From Azolla caroliniana (Eukaryota; Plantae; Polypodiophyta): DNA of 64,000 nt. The stretch lies in the NCBI GenBank assembly GCA_043228905.1, contig JBHGNT010000007.1:20150001-20214000 (forward strand). Direction: 5' to 3'. This document shows, in pieces, positions 11,401 through 21,801 of this stretch. Position 1 is the stretch's first letter, and the number at the start of each line of letters is the position of its first letter. A program made the translations under genes and the position numbers. The notes beneath the pieces were generated by a model, which did not search any database, had not been told where the DNA came from, and worked only from the letters and a program-made list of their open reading frames with translations.

Positions 11401-12720
11401 TGTTGAATAGAAATAACACCTTTCAAGATGAGGTTGTCACTGTAAAGAGTGAGAGGCGTAGGTGATGTTGTGCAACGGAGTTGAACTATCTGTGCACTCG
11501 TAGGACAAGAGAGAGAGAGAGAGAGAGAGAGCTTAAACTAGAAGTTGTATATTAGAAAGAAAAGATAAATTACATCCAATAGTAACTAGAGGCTTGTTTA
11601 AATACCAACTAGTCTAGGGCAACAACCCTTTCTACTATTTACAAAACTAGCCTAGTATGTCCATTGGTTAGTGTGAAAGATATTTCGAGGAAGTTGAGTT
11701 CGATTCTCAACGCGCCCCTTCAAATACAACTTCCGGATGCCGAAAAATTGGTTTAGTTTGGTCTTCGAAAATACCTCGATTCGGTTGAACCGGCTTCTAC
11801 TTACGAATTACTTCGATTCGGTTGTTCGGCTGGATTCGGCTTTTTGACTCTGTGTTTGACTGCTTGATTGCTTCGTGTGTCTTGTTATGCTCAACTGTGA
11901 TCATCATACTTCGACTCCTTTGGTCGGCTATTATTCGGTACTCCCCCTTGAGCTCAACAATGTAGATATTGTGAGACCAAGGTCTGATGTAAATTGTCCG
12001 AGTTTGTCGACTCCCAAGGCATTGGTGAAGATGTCGGCAACCTGAAGGTTCATGCTGATGAGTAGTAGGCCGGCATCGCCGGCCTAAACGTACTTTCGGA
12101 TGAAGTGATAGTGTACTTCAATGTGCTTAGTGCGTGCGTGGAACACCGAGTTCCGAGCTAGGTAGATACTGCTCATGTTGTCGCAGTATAAGAGAATCAA
12201 ATCCTTGATAGGAATGCCCAGATCCTTTAATATGCATTTCAGCTAGACGGCCTCGCATGCGGCGACTGTCACGCCCTTATATTCGGCCTCTGTGCTCGAC
12301 AGTGTGATTGTTGACTACTTTTTGCTGCTCCAGGAGATGGCTCCGTTGTCGAGGGAGAAGACGAATCCTGACGTCGATCGTCTATTGCCTTATAGTCGGC
12401 CCCGTCTGCATCTGTGTACCCTTCAAGCTGAATAATCGTATCCGACTTATACATCATGCCGAAATCCATCGTCCCACGGTCGTACCTAAGTATTCTCTTA
12501 GTGCAATCAACATGAACATTTCGAGGTTCTCCATGAATTGGCTAAGGAGACTCATAGAATAGCTGAGATGGGGTCTTGTGATGGTAAGGTAGCTTAAACT
12601 ACCGATCAATTGACGATGTTGATTCGGCTCGCAATCTTTTGTCCCCAAATCGACATCAAGTTTGAGGTTTCAAACGAGAGCGGTAGACACAGGTTTGCAC
12701 TCAGTCATCCTGAACTTGTA
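11401..12720 (-). mobile_element. Old degenerate Copia remnant E (RT end/RNase H, PPT, 3' LTR 11401-11940)
   Basis: Minus-strand fragments QLIGSLSYLTITRP, LEGYTDAD and HARTKHIEVHYHF. PPT (CTCCCCCTTGAG on +) at 11941. LTR termini TGTTGAATA / TATTCGGTA. (GA)n at ~11508-11531. Confidence 0.75.
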
Positions 12721-12835
12721 GAGGAAGGTGAGAATGTAGTGCCATTGAGAGATCAGTATCCCGATTGGTGTCCAAATTACTTCGATACCGATGAAGTAAT
12801 GGAGCTCGTTGTTGGGGTAGTTGTGGTTCGAGAGG

Positions 12836-13410
12836 TGTTAGGAAACAGGTCCCTCCGGATGGGAAGTGAGAAGAACAGTACTGATGAGTAAACCGGATGA
12901 GGAGTACCCGGCAAGCGCCGGATGATGCAAGCCCGGTGAGGAGTGCTCACCGGATGAAGGGACATATTCGTAAATATGTTTCTGAGAGTCCATCGGGTCT
13001 ATATTTGTAAATAGACGAAAAGTCATATTAGTATAAATATGACTTAGGGAAAACTTAGGTTTGTTGTTGTTGTCATTCTTGTTAGTGCAAGACTAGAGAG
13101 CACGTAACTGTGTACAGAGAGAGTGAGAGAGAGGAAGAGGTTGTTGCCTCTGTTGTAACCGCCGCCTGTGGCGAAGATAGAAAGCTCGAGGTCGTTGCTT
13201 CAGTGCTTTACCATTTGTACATTCTGACATAGTGATAGTTTGCAGTCTGTGGGCTGCCGTGGTTTTTTCCCTAGTTTGGGTTTTTCCACGTTAACATCCT
13301 GTGTTCTTTTCTCTTCTCTGTATCGTGCATCCATTACCCGTTTTTCTGTGTTTTGATTCTAAGCTCGGTTGTGGCCGAGCGTTGTTCACCGGAGCGTGTA
13401 GTTCCTGTCA
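12836..13410 (+). repeat. Solo LTR of Copia family D
   Basis: TGTTAGGAAACAGG..CCTGTCA, homologous to 61171-61905. Flanks AGAGG/AGTGG are either a TSD with one mismatch or a PBS remnant. Confidence 0.88.
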
Positions 13411-13735
13411 AGTGGCGAAGTCGCAAGAGGGACTAAGGTTAAAGGGAGTTCGAGCAAATTTTAATAAGGATTGTGGAGTGATGTTAGAAAGATTATGGAT
13501 AGGAAGATTCAGAAGAGTTAAAAGTAATGTGCGAGAGAAAGAAAGAAAGATGTATTAACGTCTTCTAAGGCCAAATTTGGCCCATGAGACAATTGGTTTA
13601 CAACAATAGAGTATTTATCCAGTCATCATAACTAAAAATAAAATTAAGTAAAAAAAAATAGAACTTAAACTAAAAGAGTTCTAGTAGTGTACAATATGTA
13701 GTATACTCGAAAGTGACTATACACTAAGCCTAATT

Positions 13736-16700
13736 TTATTTCCACCCAAGCCTCTCGAAAAGAAATGGGGGGTCAAAGGGTCTTGATGTGGGTTCCAATG
13801 TAGAGAGTGCCCTAGCCATGGCTTCTAGGCGGTGTAGCTCACGTTCCCTTATTTTTAATATTGCTTCCACATCACGTTGAGTTGTTTTGAAACCCGGCAC
13901 CCGAGGACGTCTGGTTCTTCTCTGGTTTTCTGCCTCATCAATGGAAAGGCCGGGTGGTGCAAGTGTATCGGCATTCGTTGTCTCCTCAGGTTCCTGAAAA
14001 ACTGCATTTGTTACATGTTCGTGATCATTAGCAACATTATTGTCAACATTTTGTAATTTATTCTCTCTGTGTTGTTTTAGCTCTAGAATGTATTTGCCTA
14101 ATTTCTTTATATCTAGAGTATCTAATAGTTTGGGGAGGGTGGGAGACGGACCAAGTATGTCTTGGTATTTTGCCCTTATCTCGGCATAGGTTGGACACTT
14201 GCATGTAAAGTGGTACTCATCCTCTATCTCTATGTGACATAACCTACATATCCTTTCCTCCCTAGGGACTCCACTAGTACGGCCATTTTCAATCTCAAGT
14301 TGGTGAGACGATATTCTAAGTTGTCCAATGGCAACCCTTAGTGCATGTGGTAAGAATACATCTAGATATTTTGGCCGTGTGATAAAACCTAACTCAGAGA
14401 AGTGCATGAAGTGTTTCTTATAGTACGACATTTTAGATGGGAGTGGCTCTAGTGGGGTGATCCATTTACACCGAGTGTAAATTTGCCATATTTCTTGGCG
14501 TATTACTTTATTGCGGTTCTCATGAGAGATTAAGGTGTTATCACTCGTGTGGTTGTACCTAAGGGGAGGTAGGTTATTAATGTCTAGACCATTCGCGAGA
14601 AGCCAAGTCACCATCATGCCATACCATGAGCTAGTATAGCCGGACTCATACAATGATCGAGAGGCCTTAAAGGCTTGATGAGATATTCTATCATGTGGTT
14701 GGCTATGTATCCTATCAATAAAGACTACAAGTTGAAAAAGTGCCTCTACTAGCATTGGGGGTAACGTGAACTCGGCCCTAATAATGTCATGTGGTACAGT
14801 CGATTTGCTTCGGAGTTGGCGTGATAGCATCATCACCAATGGTCTCTCTAATTGCGTCCACATGAAGGATGGTAATCCTGGAGCCCAAACCGCTGATGCA
14901 TACATGAGGGAGGGGGTCACTAATGAGTCAAAGAGCCACCCTTTAGTCCGTGGCTCTTGAAAGTGTGCTTGGTGGCATTGTCTCTCTAGGAGTGAGAGGG
15001 ATGCATGTCCTCTCGTGAGTCTATCCTTCGCTGCCTGTGTCATCGAAAATTTACCTGAGCGGGCACTAAAAGTGACTCCGAGATATACGTACGATCCAAC
15101 CACCTCGACTGGGCTATGGGAGATAGTTAGGTGACACTTGGCTCTAACTTGGGCCGATGTGTGGAAGATAAGGACTTTCGTTTTCCCTAGATTCACTACC
15201 AATCCTCGTTGTACACAAAAGTCATCTAAGGCATTGAGGTGCCTCTGTAGGTCGTGTTCGGATTCAGAGAGCAAAACTATGTCATCCGCATAGAGCAAGA
15301 TACGAACCTGCGTATCCCCAAGGACCACTCCGGTGCCTCCCTCACGAGCAATAAAATCTGTGATCTCATCAATGTAGATCCCAAAAAGCGTCGGTGATAG
15401 GGGGCAACCTTGTTTTACACCAATAGTGCTAGTGAAACGATTGGATAGGCCACCTGGGCATCGGACACACCCGGACACTTGTTCATATAGTGCGTAGATG
15501 GCCCATACCATATCATCTGGTATCCTCAAGCTTTTAAGTCTATCAGACAACCGATCTCTAGGGACTGTGTCAAAGGCTTTGCGGAAGTCCACAAAACAAC
15601 AATATAATCTCTTCTTGCGAGCCCTAGTTTGGTCAATTAGGCATCTAAGTGTGAAGATGTGATCAATAGTGGAGAAGGCTCGTCTAAAGCCAGCTTGTTC
15701 AGGTGCACGAAGGTTTAGGGTCTCCATGTAGTCGCTAAGCTCTGCTTCCATTACTGCACCATATAACTTAGCAAGGGTATGGCCTATCATAATGGTCCTA
15801 TATGTATTTGGGTCCATGGGGTCCCCCCCTTTATGTATGGGGGTCACTGTATTCATAGTCCACTGTGGTGGAAAACCCTCCGCAAGGGCACGATTGAAGA
15901 TTAGAGTTAGCAAGGGAGCTAGGCACTCTCTCGCATATATAATGTGTTCTGCTCGCAATCCTGTGTGGTCCATGGACTTCCTATGTTGTAATTTCTTTAT
16001 GACCTTCATAACCCTAGAGGTCGTGAAAAGTGTCCCCGTGGTAGGCCGGGGTGTGGAAGGCATTGGAAAAGGTGGTTGGTTTGGGATTTGGTAAAGTCTC
16101 TCTGTATATGTGTGCCAAGTTTCGGGATCATCGATGGGTGTTTGTGGTCTTGGCTCCCGTAGTCTCTTCCATGCCATGGCGCAATCGCTACTCATGAGCA
16201 TATGGTAGAGTTCCCAGTATTGGGATGCCTCCCACGCTCGTCTCTTACGACGTGTCATCTTACGCATTTCTTTGCGAGCTTGTGTGGAGGTAATACTACC
16301 ATTGAGTTGCGATACTGTAAGTTGTCTATGTAGGTCCCTACAATCCTCGTCATACCATTTATTTTGTGGCATTGATCCTGATCTACCTTGATTTGAGTGT
16401 TTTGTATATGGGAAACTGCTAGCTGCTGCGGAGTGAAGGATGTGTGTGAGTTTTGTACTAAGGCTTTCTAACGGTAGAGAGGGATCAATGGAGGGGAGAT
16501 GGGCCTGAACATGTTGAGAGTATATGTCAGAGAGCTCATGTGTGAAATGTATTGTGGTGTGACGGCATGGTTGACTAGACTTGGTGACCTTAGAGATATC
16601 ACATTTTAGCTCAAAGTATAAGAAGCTATGGTCTGCGCCAATAGGGCATGGGGCCACTCGGAAGGAGTTAATCAAGTGGGTAGCTGTCGGGCGCCCTATT

Positions 16701-17467
16701 AGATAGTCAACTGTGCTTTCCCCTCCTCCATGTGGGAAACATGTGAGCTCTTCCGAGCCCGGCCACTTAGCTAAACCATTATATATGACCATCTGGTGCC
16801 GACTGCCAAGTTCGAGCAGGTGATGGCCAAAGCTCGTGGCGTCCGCACCTTGATCCTTTGATCTACGTGTGGTGCCTATGTCTAAAGGATCAACATTTAC
16901 CATTTCTAGGTTTCTATTCATCTGAAATACTGTGCATTGTCGGGATTGGGTTCTCGCATTGAAGTCTCCTACAAGAAATACTTCTCCTTGGGAAGAATAT
17001 CGGATTATGTCATCCGATAGGGGTTCGTATGGAGAAGGCCCATGTGGCATTCCTTCATCGACTAATCTCATCAAGCCACTAATATTATAACGGGATCCTT
17101 TTGGGGGAAAGTAACAAATGGCGAAAAATACTGCATGGTCTTTGCTTGTGGAGACTTTCACCCACATAAAACGAGCTTCTGGGTCTATCTTCATTATTTC
17201 TATCCTATTATGTAGCTCTCTACGAAATAGTATCGCGACACCTCCAGATCCCCTAGTAGTGTGTCGACGTGAGGTTTGTCTAAAAGCGGACTCCCAACGG
17301 AATCCTTCGACCCGTGGGAGTCCTCTATTTGGGCTCTGATGTGTTTCTACCAAGAAAAGTATATCAGATACCTTTAGTATCTCCTCTAGGCGGCCGGGGT
17401 GTGCCCAGAGTGCGCCATTACAATTCCATAGGGTCATCCTAAGTGCATTTTCTGTCACATGGGCCAC
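13736..17467 (-). CDS. LINE ORF2: AP endonuclease + reverse transcriptase + C-terminal Cys/His zinc motif (intact, 1243 aa)
   Basis: APE motifs LWNCNG, VETH, GGVA, YFPP, GDFNA, VDY, ADH. RT motifs YRTI, QAGFR, VDFRKAFD, GVKQGCPLSP, YADD, YLG. C-terminal RICRLC..EDEYHF..C. Start codon uncertain (GTG 17467 or ATG 17437). Confidence 0.95.
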   Translation of the reverse strand: MAHVTENALRMTLWNCNGALWAHPGRLEEILKVSDILFLVETHQSPNRGLPRVEGFRWESAFRQTSRRHTTRGSGGVAILFRRELHNRIEIMKIDPEARFMWVKVSTSKDHAVFFAICYFPPKGSRYNISGLMRLVDEGMPHGPSPYEPLSDDIIRYSSQGEVFLVGDFNARTQSRQCTVFQMNRNLEMVNVDPLDIGTTRRSKDQGADATSFGHHLLELGSRHQMVIYNGLAKWPGSEELTCFPHGGGESTVDYLIGRPTATHLINSFRVAPCPIGADHSFLYFELKCDISKVTKSSQPCRHTTIHFTHELSDIYSQHVQAHLPSIDPSLPLESLSTKLTHILHSAAASSFPYTKHSNQGRSGSMPQNKWYDEDCRDLHRQLTVSQLNGSITSTQARKEMRKMTRRKRRAWEASQYWELYHMLMSSDCAMAWKRLREPRPQTPIDDPETWHTYTERLYQIPNQPPFPMPSTPRPTTGTLFTTSRVMKVIKKLQHRKSMDHTGLRAEHIIYARECLAPLLTLIFNRALAEGFPPQWTMNTVTPIHKGGDPMDPNTYRTIMIGHTLAKLYGAVMEAELSDYMETLNLRAPEQAGFRRAFSTIDHIFTLRCLIDQTRARKKRLYCCFVDFRKAFDTVPRDRLSDRLKSLRIPDDMVWAIYALYEQVSGCVRCPGGLSNRFTSTIGVKQGCPLSPTLFGIYIDEITDFIAREGGTGVVLGDTQVRILLYADDIVLLSESEHDLQRHLNALDDFCVQRGLVVNLGKTKVLIFHTSAQVRAKCHLTISHSPVEVVGSYVYLGVTFSARSGKFSMTQAAKDRLTRGHASLSLLERQCHQAHFQEPRTKGWLFDSLVTPSLMYASAVWAPGLPSFMWTQLERPLVMMLSRQLRSKSTVPHDIIRAEFTLPPMLVEALFQLVVFIDRIHSQPHDRISHQAFKASRSLYESGYTSSWYGMMVTWLLANGLDINNLPPLRYNHTSDNTLISHENRNKVIRQEIWQIYTRCKWITPLEPLPSKMSYYKKHFMHFSELGFITRPKYLDVFLPHALRVAIGQLRISSHQLEIENGRTSGVPREERICRLCHIEIEDEYHFTCKCPTYAEIRAKYQDILGPSPTLPKLLDTLDIKKLGKYILELKQHRENKLQNVDNNVANDHEHVTNAVFQEPEETTNADTLAPPGLSIDEAENQRRTRRPRVPGFKTTQRDVEAILKIRERELHRLEAMARALSTLEPTSRPFDPPFLFERLGWK

Positions 17468-17473
17468 ACGCCG

Positions 17474-18048
17474 TCAGTTAGTAGTGCGATCATTTATGAT
17501 CACTCGCCCGTCTCGGTAAAAGGCGCGATGGCCTTCTTTACGAGCTTGCATAACTCGTGGCATACAACTCTTGTGATGCTCAATTTGCATCTTAGTGAGG
17601 TCTTCATCGAGATAGATGGGGTCTTAAAGAAAGTGATTCTAGAGTCTAAGTCTTTAAATTGAAGGACTAAGGCTCTCTTCCTAGTTGTGTCACGCCCGGC
17701 CCTCCATGCTTTGGTGATAGGTAGGGCCTCTGTGTACCCTAACATTTTCCCAAGTGTTTGTGCGTCCTCATTTGGGGATGCACCTTCCTTGAGCCCAGTG
17801 ACACGTACATTTAAGCGGCGAGCCTGACGCATTTTCTCTTCTTCAAGGGTGGTGTTAACAATATTTTCATCTTTTATTTCTTTTTTAATGTTTCTTTTAA
17901 CCACATCTACCCAACCCGTTTTAGCTAACACTATGTTATTATTAACTTCCTCTTTAACTTTTTTAATTTCGTCCTTTATATCCTCTATAGAGGATATTTC
18001 ACCGTCTTCTCGAGATACCTCGATGTCCTTAAGTTGTTTGAGACGAGC
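17474..18048 (-). pseudogene. LINE ORF1 C-terminal part (coiled coil + RRM/CTD-type), frameshifted
   Basis: Coiled coil then RRLNVRVTGLKE (L1-type RRxNIRIxGLPE motif). After a frameshift at ~17623 it continues DPIYLDEDLTKMQ...FYRDGRVIINDRTTN*. Confidence 0.8.
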
Positions 18049-18185
18049 CTAGATAAGAGATACAAACAATGTATGATTAAGGAAGTAAGAGTATATGATA
18101 AGAATATGTATCATATTGAAAATCGAAGATTTTACCAACTTTACAATGCTTGATGGCAGAGATGAAACTTTTCTTTATCAAACTT

Positions 18186-18241
18186 TGGATTTGAACCCTT
18201 GACTTCAACTTCAAGAGACAAGACACTTCCTAAATGAGCTA
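18186..18241 (-). other. Degenerate tRNA-like A/B-box segment (possible SINE head)
   Basis: Minus strand TAGCTCATTTAGG...GGTTCAAATCC with tRNA-like spacing; no full cloverleaf. Confidence 0.35.
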
Positions 18242-18261
18242 GCTTGTTTATTTGATGTATA

Positions 18262-18608
18262 GGAGCCGGTGGTAGTATTGATCGACCATGGGTCGGAGAT
18301 CAACCTAATGTTGATGTACTTCTACAAAAAGGGAAAGTGGCCGATCAACACCAAACACGAGTGGACGATACGTGAGGCGACGCGAGCCATGGAGGAGCTA
18401 CATGGAACATGCCTGAATGTCCGTGTAAAGGTCGGGGACGTTGAGATTGACCAACACTTCTTTGTGCAAGAAACATCCTCCCACTTGGTAATTCTCAGCA
18501 AACCCTGTATCACGGCGGCTCGAATGGAGACAAAGGTGCTGGACAATGGTTCGGCATATGCATGGGTAAAGAATCAGGACGGTCGTCACTCCGTCCAATT
18601 TTTTACGG
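18262..18608 (+). pseudogene. Gypsy A' protease fragment (older copy, interrupted by a same-family LTR)
   Basis: VLIDHGSEINLM...IDQHFFV, near-identical to 21096-21298. Confidence 0.82.
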
Positions 18609-19341
18609 TGTCGTGAAGAAAATTGGCCTAAGGCGGAATCGGTGAAAAGGGTGTATGAACCGGCCCTTACGTGCGGGCACAAGTAACGATAAGGTGTACA
18701 TAACTAGAAATAGGCCGGCGTGATCAGCATATCCTAGGGAGAATATAGTAATACGCTAGTAAATCGAAGCGGATCTCTGTCTGAAGGGACAGAGAATAAA
18801 AGTGATGTGACCTGGATGTAATGGTCCCTCCCTAACGGCCTATAAAGGGAAGGGAAGAAGTCTGAAATGGTATCGCGTTTTGGCGAGGAGGAGGTGCTGT
18901 CGGATTGGGAACCGAGCTCTCTCTCCCTCTATCGTTGTTTTTTGTAGGATTTCTGAGTTGGTTGCCTCTGCTTCAAGGAAAGCCTGTGTGCTTTTCGGCA
19001 AAGGCTCTACTATGTATGTGCGTGATTGTCTGGGTTGGGTTTGTATCCGGCTATCTAGCTATAATCTTGCAAACACTGTAACCTTTTATTGTTATTGGAA
19101 TCGAATCTCTCGTTTCTCTGTGTGTGTGTTTCTGTGAGTCTCTCTTTTATGCGAGTGTGCATCTTGTTCAGACACGCACTTGTGGTTCGTTCAGCCAAAA
19201 AGCGCTGTCAGTTGCAAATGGGCCTAACCGGCCCTATGCTTGCGCTCTTGTCACGTTCCGCCTTCTTCTCTCTCTTGCTCCTCGGTTCAGAGCCCTAGCG
19301 ATCCCGCCTTATTTCCTACGCGAAAATGGAACAACACGACA
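18609..19341 (+). repeat. 5' LTR of Gypsy A' element
   Basis: Perfect 7-bp inverted termini TGTCGTG..CACGACA, TATAAA at 18841, followed by PBS and gag. Confidence 0.88.
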
Positions 19342-19346
19342 TCATT

Positions 19347-19363
19347 TGGTGAACCCGACATGA
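19347..19363 (+). promoter_or_regulatory. Primer-binding site, tRNA-Trp type
   Basis: TGGTGAACCCGACATGA, complementary with one mismatch to the cytosolic tRNA-Trp 3' end (...UCACGUCGGGUUCACCA, from memory). Confidence 0.8.
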
Positions 19364-19387
19364 AACAAGGCGGTAGAGGAGTCGAAG

Positions 19388-21311
19388 ATGAGGGGATCGG
19401 AGCTTGCTGAAGCCATGGCGGCAACTGTTGATTGGATAGTAAGTGCTCGTGAGGGCACAGGCACCCTCGACAGGGCCATTGAAGCAATTGTCGGAACAAT
19501 AGGCCGGTTCGGTGGGAAGGACGCCACGAGCTATTTGGAGGCCTACCGAGCCGAGATGGTGATGAGGGACATTTCGGAGGATAGGCGTTTGGTTGGGCTC
19601 CCTTGGGTGGCTACACTAGGCATCCACGCAAAGGTGCTCGAGGTACAGGCTGGATGCCGGACTTGGGGGAAGTTCGAAGCGCGGCTCCTCGAAAGGTATG
19701 GAGTTGATGACGCGCTTCGGTTATCGAAGCGGGACTTCATGGAGTGGGTGGAGAATCCCGAAAAGGGGAGGAACGTGTCGGCGCTCCTCCGGGAGTTCGA
19801 AGAACGCTTCGCACAACTCTCGGCACTGGACAGGACCGTGCTAGACATGAGCTGCGTCCTGTTGTTTGTCAAAGCGGTGGACGTGCGGGATCGGGATCAA
19901 GTGGGTCTCCTGTTGGAGACAGATGATGGGCTAACGACCGACTAGGCCACGGTCAAAAGAGTTGACAACCGTTTTGACAAGCGGCGTGAGTGGGGCGACG
20001 AGGGATCATCAGTGGCGAGACCCATCCAGGCAAGGAAGTTCGATGAGCCTTCGCCGTCACGAAAAGAGGGAACCCGGGATTGGCTTAGGACGGGCTCGGC
20101 ATCGACTGACGCGGTCAAGGGCCCATCCGGAGGAGCGGCTCTTGACGAGCTGACACAAATGGTGCACGACCTGCAGATCGCGCAGGCCCGGAGAGACAGT
20201 GGAGGACAGGCCGGCGATCGGAGGCCACCGGTTGGACAACAGTGTATGTGGTACGATGCGGTCGGACACAGCCGGTGAGACTGCGTGGAGTTTGCCGAGG
20301 CCCTCAGGGGTAATGGGGTGTACTTGTAGAACAGACGGGTGCACGCTGGTGATACCTGGAGAGCCGTGGAGACAAAGTTCGGGCGCGGCAGGATGAAGCG
20401 GTTAATGGATGAAGTCGAGGCGCGCCATGCAGAGGCCGTCCATTATTCGGCATTGGTCGGAATCCGGCTAGGAGGTAACGAAGAACGGAAAACAAAAGAA
20501 TCTGGCTTCTGGCCCTTGGTGCTGGAATGCCTCTCCGGCGCACGACTGAAGAGGGAAGAAGCAGACCGCGTGGAGCAGCGGGTCCAGGAGGTCACCGGGT
20601 GGGACGACCCGGTAGAGGAGAAGACCGGCTTCGTGGAAGCCACATGCTAGAACTACAAAGTTCTAGTGGATGATAAGAGGGTAGGGAAGGCTGGCGGGAC
20701 CACGACCCTGAATCGGTACGAGACCCGGTTCAAGCCGAAGAGGAATGAAGCCAGCAATTCCAGCATGGCAGAAAAAGCAAGGCAAACCGGTTACTAGCTG
20801 GGCACTGAAATTGAAAGGACGATGGACCTGTGGAAGGTCCTCGAGGAGCAGATTCTTGACAGCAAGGTGGAGTCGTCGCTGAGGGAGGTGCTTGGGCTCG
20901 CCAAGAAGGAGTTTGACGATTCCATCGTGGACTTGGTGAAGTGTAAACGGCTCTCGACAGAGCCAAAGCTGGAGAAGCCAGTGGAGGTGCGAACGACGCA
21001 CCTAGAGGACGCGGCCCTGGAAGACGAGTTGGCGGAGAGCTACTAATCAAAGTTGCACTGGGCAAGGGCTACTACGGAAACCCCCGTCCAGGAGCTGGTA
21101 GTGGCGCTGATCGACCACGGGTCGGAGATCAACCTGATGTCTATGGGCTTTTATAAGAAAGGGAAGTGGCCGATCAACACCCGGCACGGTTGGAAGATAC
21201 GCGCGGCAACGCGCACCATGGAGGAGCTGCACGGGGCTTGCCTGAATGTACGTGTGACAATCGGCGATGTCAAGATTGATCAACACTTCTTCGTGTAGGA
21301 GACATCCTTGC
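19388..21311 (+). pseudogene. gag: Gypsy A' gag-protease (multiple stops and frameshifts), interrupted by B2
   Basis: FGGKDATSYL capsid-like start, degenerate CMWYDAVGHSR*DC knuckle, protease LIDHGSEINLM. Confidence 0.82.
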
Positions 21312-21748
21312 TGTTACCGGCCCGGTCGGCAAAGGAGTCCAGAGTGTGAAACAGGGAGTTATTTAATTATTAGGAATGGTTGTAAGTAAGCTATGAGTGT
21401 GGACGGACGGACCGGAATCGGTATGCCGTTCCGGATCCGGATCGATCCCGAACAAGTGCGGATGGCACCGTTTTGTACTACACACTGGAAACCTATTTAA
21501 AGGCCCGGATACAATGTAATGAGCAGCGGTTAATTAATAAAGCTTAGTGTTTTATCTCTCTGTGTTAATTGCCATTCTGCATTCATTGTTATATCTTACG
21601 CGTGTTATTATTAAGGACGATCTTGCTAAGTAACCTAATTAAGTCGGATTAAGCGTTGAGTCTAATCCTGTTGCCGTAACACCCCTTTGGTGAAGTGTCT
21701 TCCGTAGACACCCTGTGTTAGGCCATTGTCTGGCGCTAAGAGTTAACA
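21312..21748 (+). repeat. 5' LTR of B2
   Basis: TGTTA..TAACA termini, homologous to 9157-9591. Confidence 0.93.
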
Positions 21749-21755
21749 CAGTTTT

Positions 21756-21767
21756 TGGCGACCACGA
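21756..21767 (+). promoter_or_regulatory. Primer-binding site of B2, probable tRNA-Arg
   Basis: TGGCGACCACGA, separated from the LTR by 7 nt; TGGCGACCATGA at the same place in B3. Confidence 0.7.
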
Positions 21768-21801
21768 TTCCTATTTTTGCAGCGAACAACGGTAGGAATG
21801 G

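Larger units (their letters stand above)
13533..18050 (-). mobile_element. Non-LTR retrotransposon (LINE, RTE-X/RTEX-like), 5'-truncated
   Basis: ORF1 fragment plus APE-RT ORF2. AT-rich 3' UTR ends in AATACA followed by a (TCTT)n microsatellite tail. Boundaries approximate; no TSD found. Confidence 0.88.

Noticed and set aside
13500-18080. Target-site duplication for the LINE
   Set aside because: No convincing direct repeat found at the two ends, so boundaries remain approximate
18186-18241. Functional tRNA gene
   Set aside because: A/B-like boxes only; acceptor and anticodon stems cannot be formed
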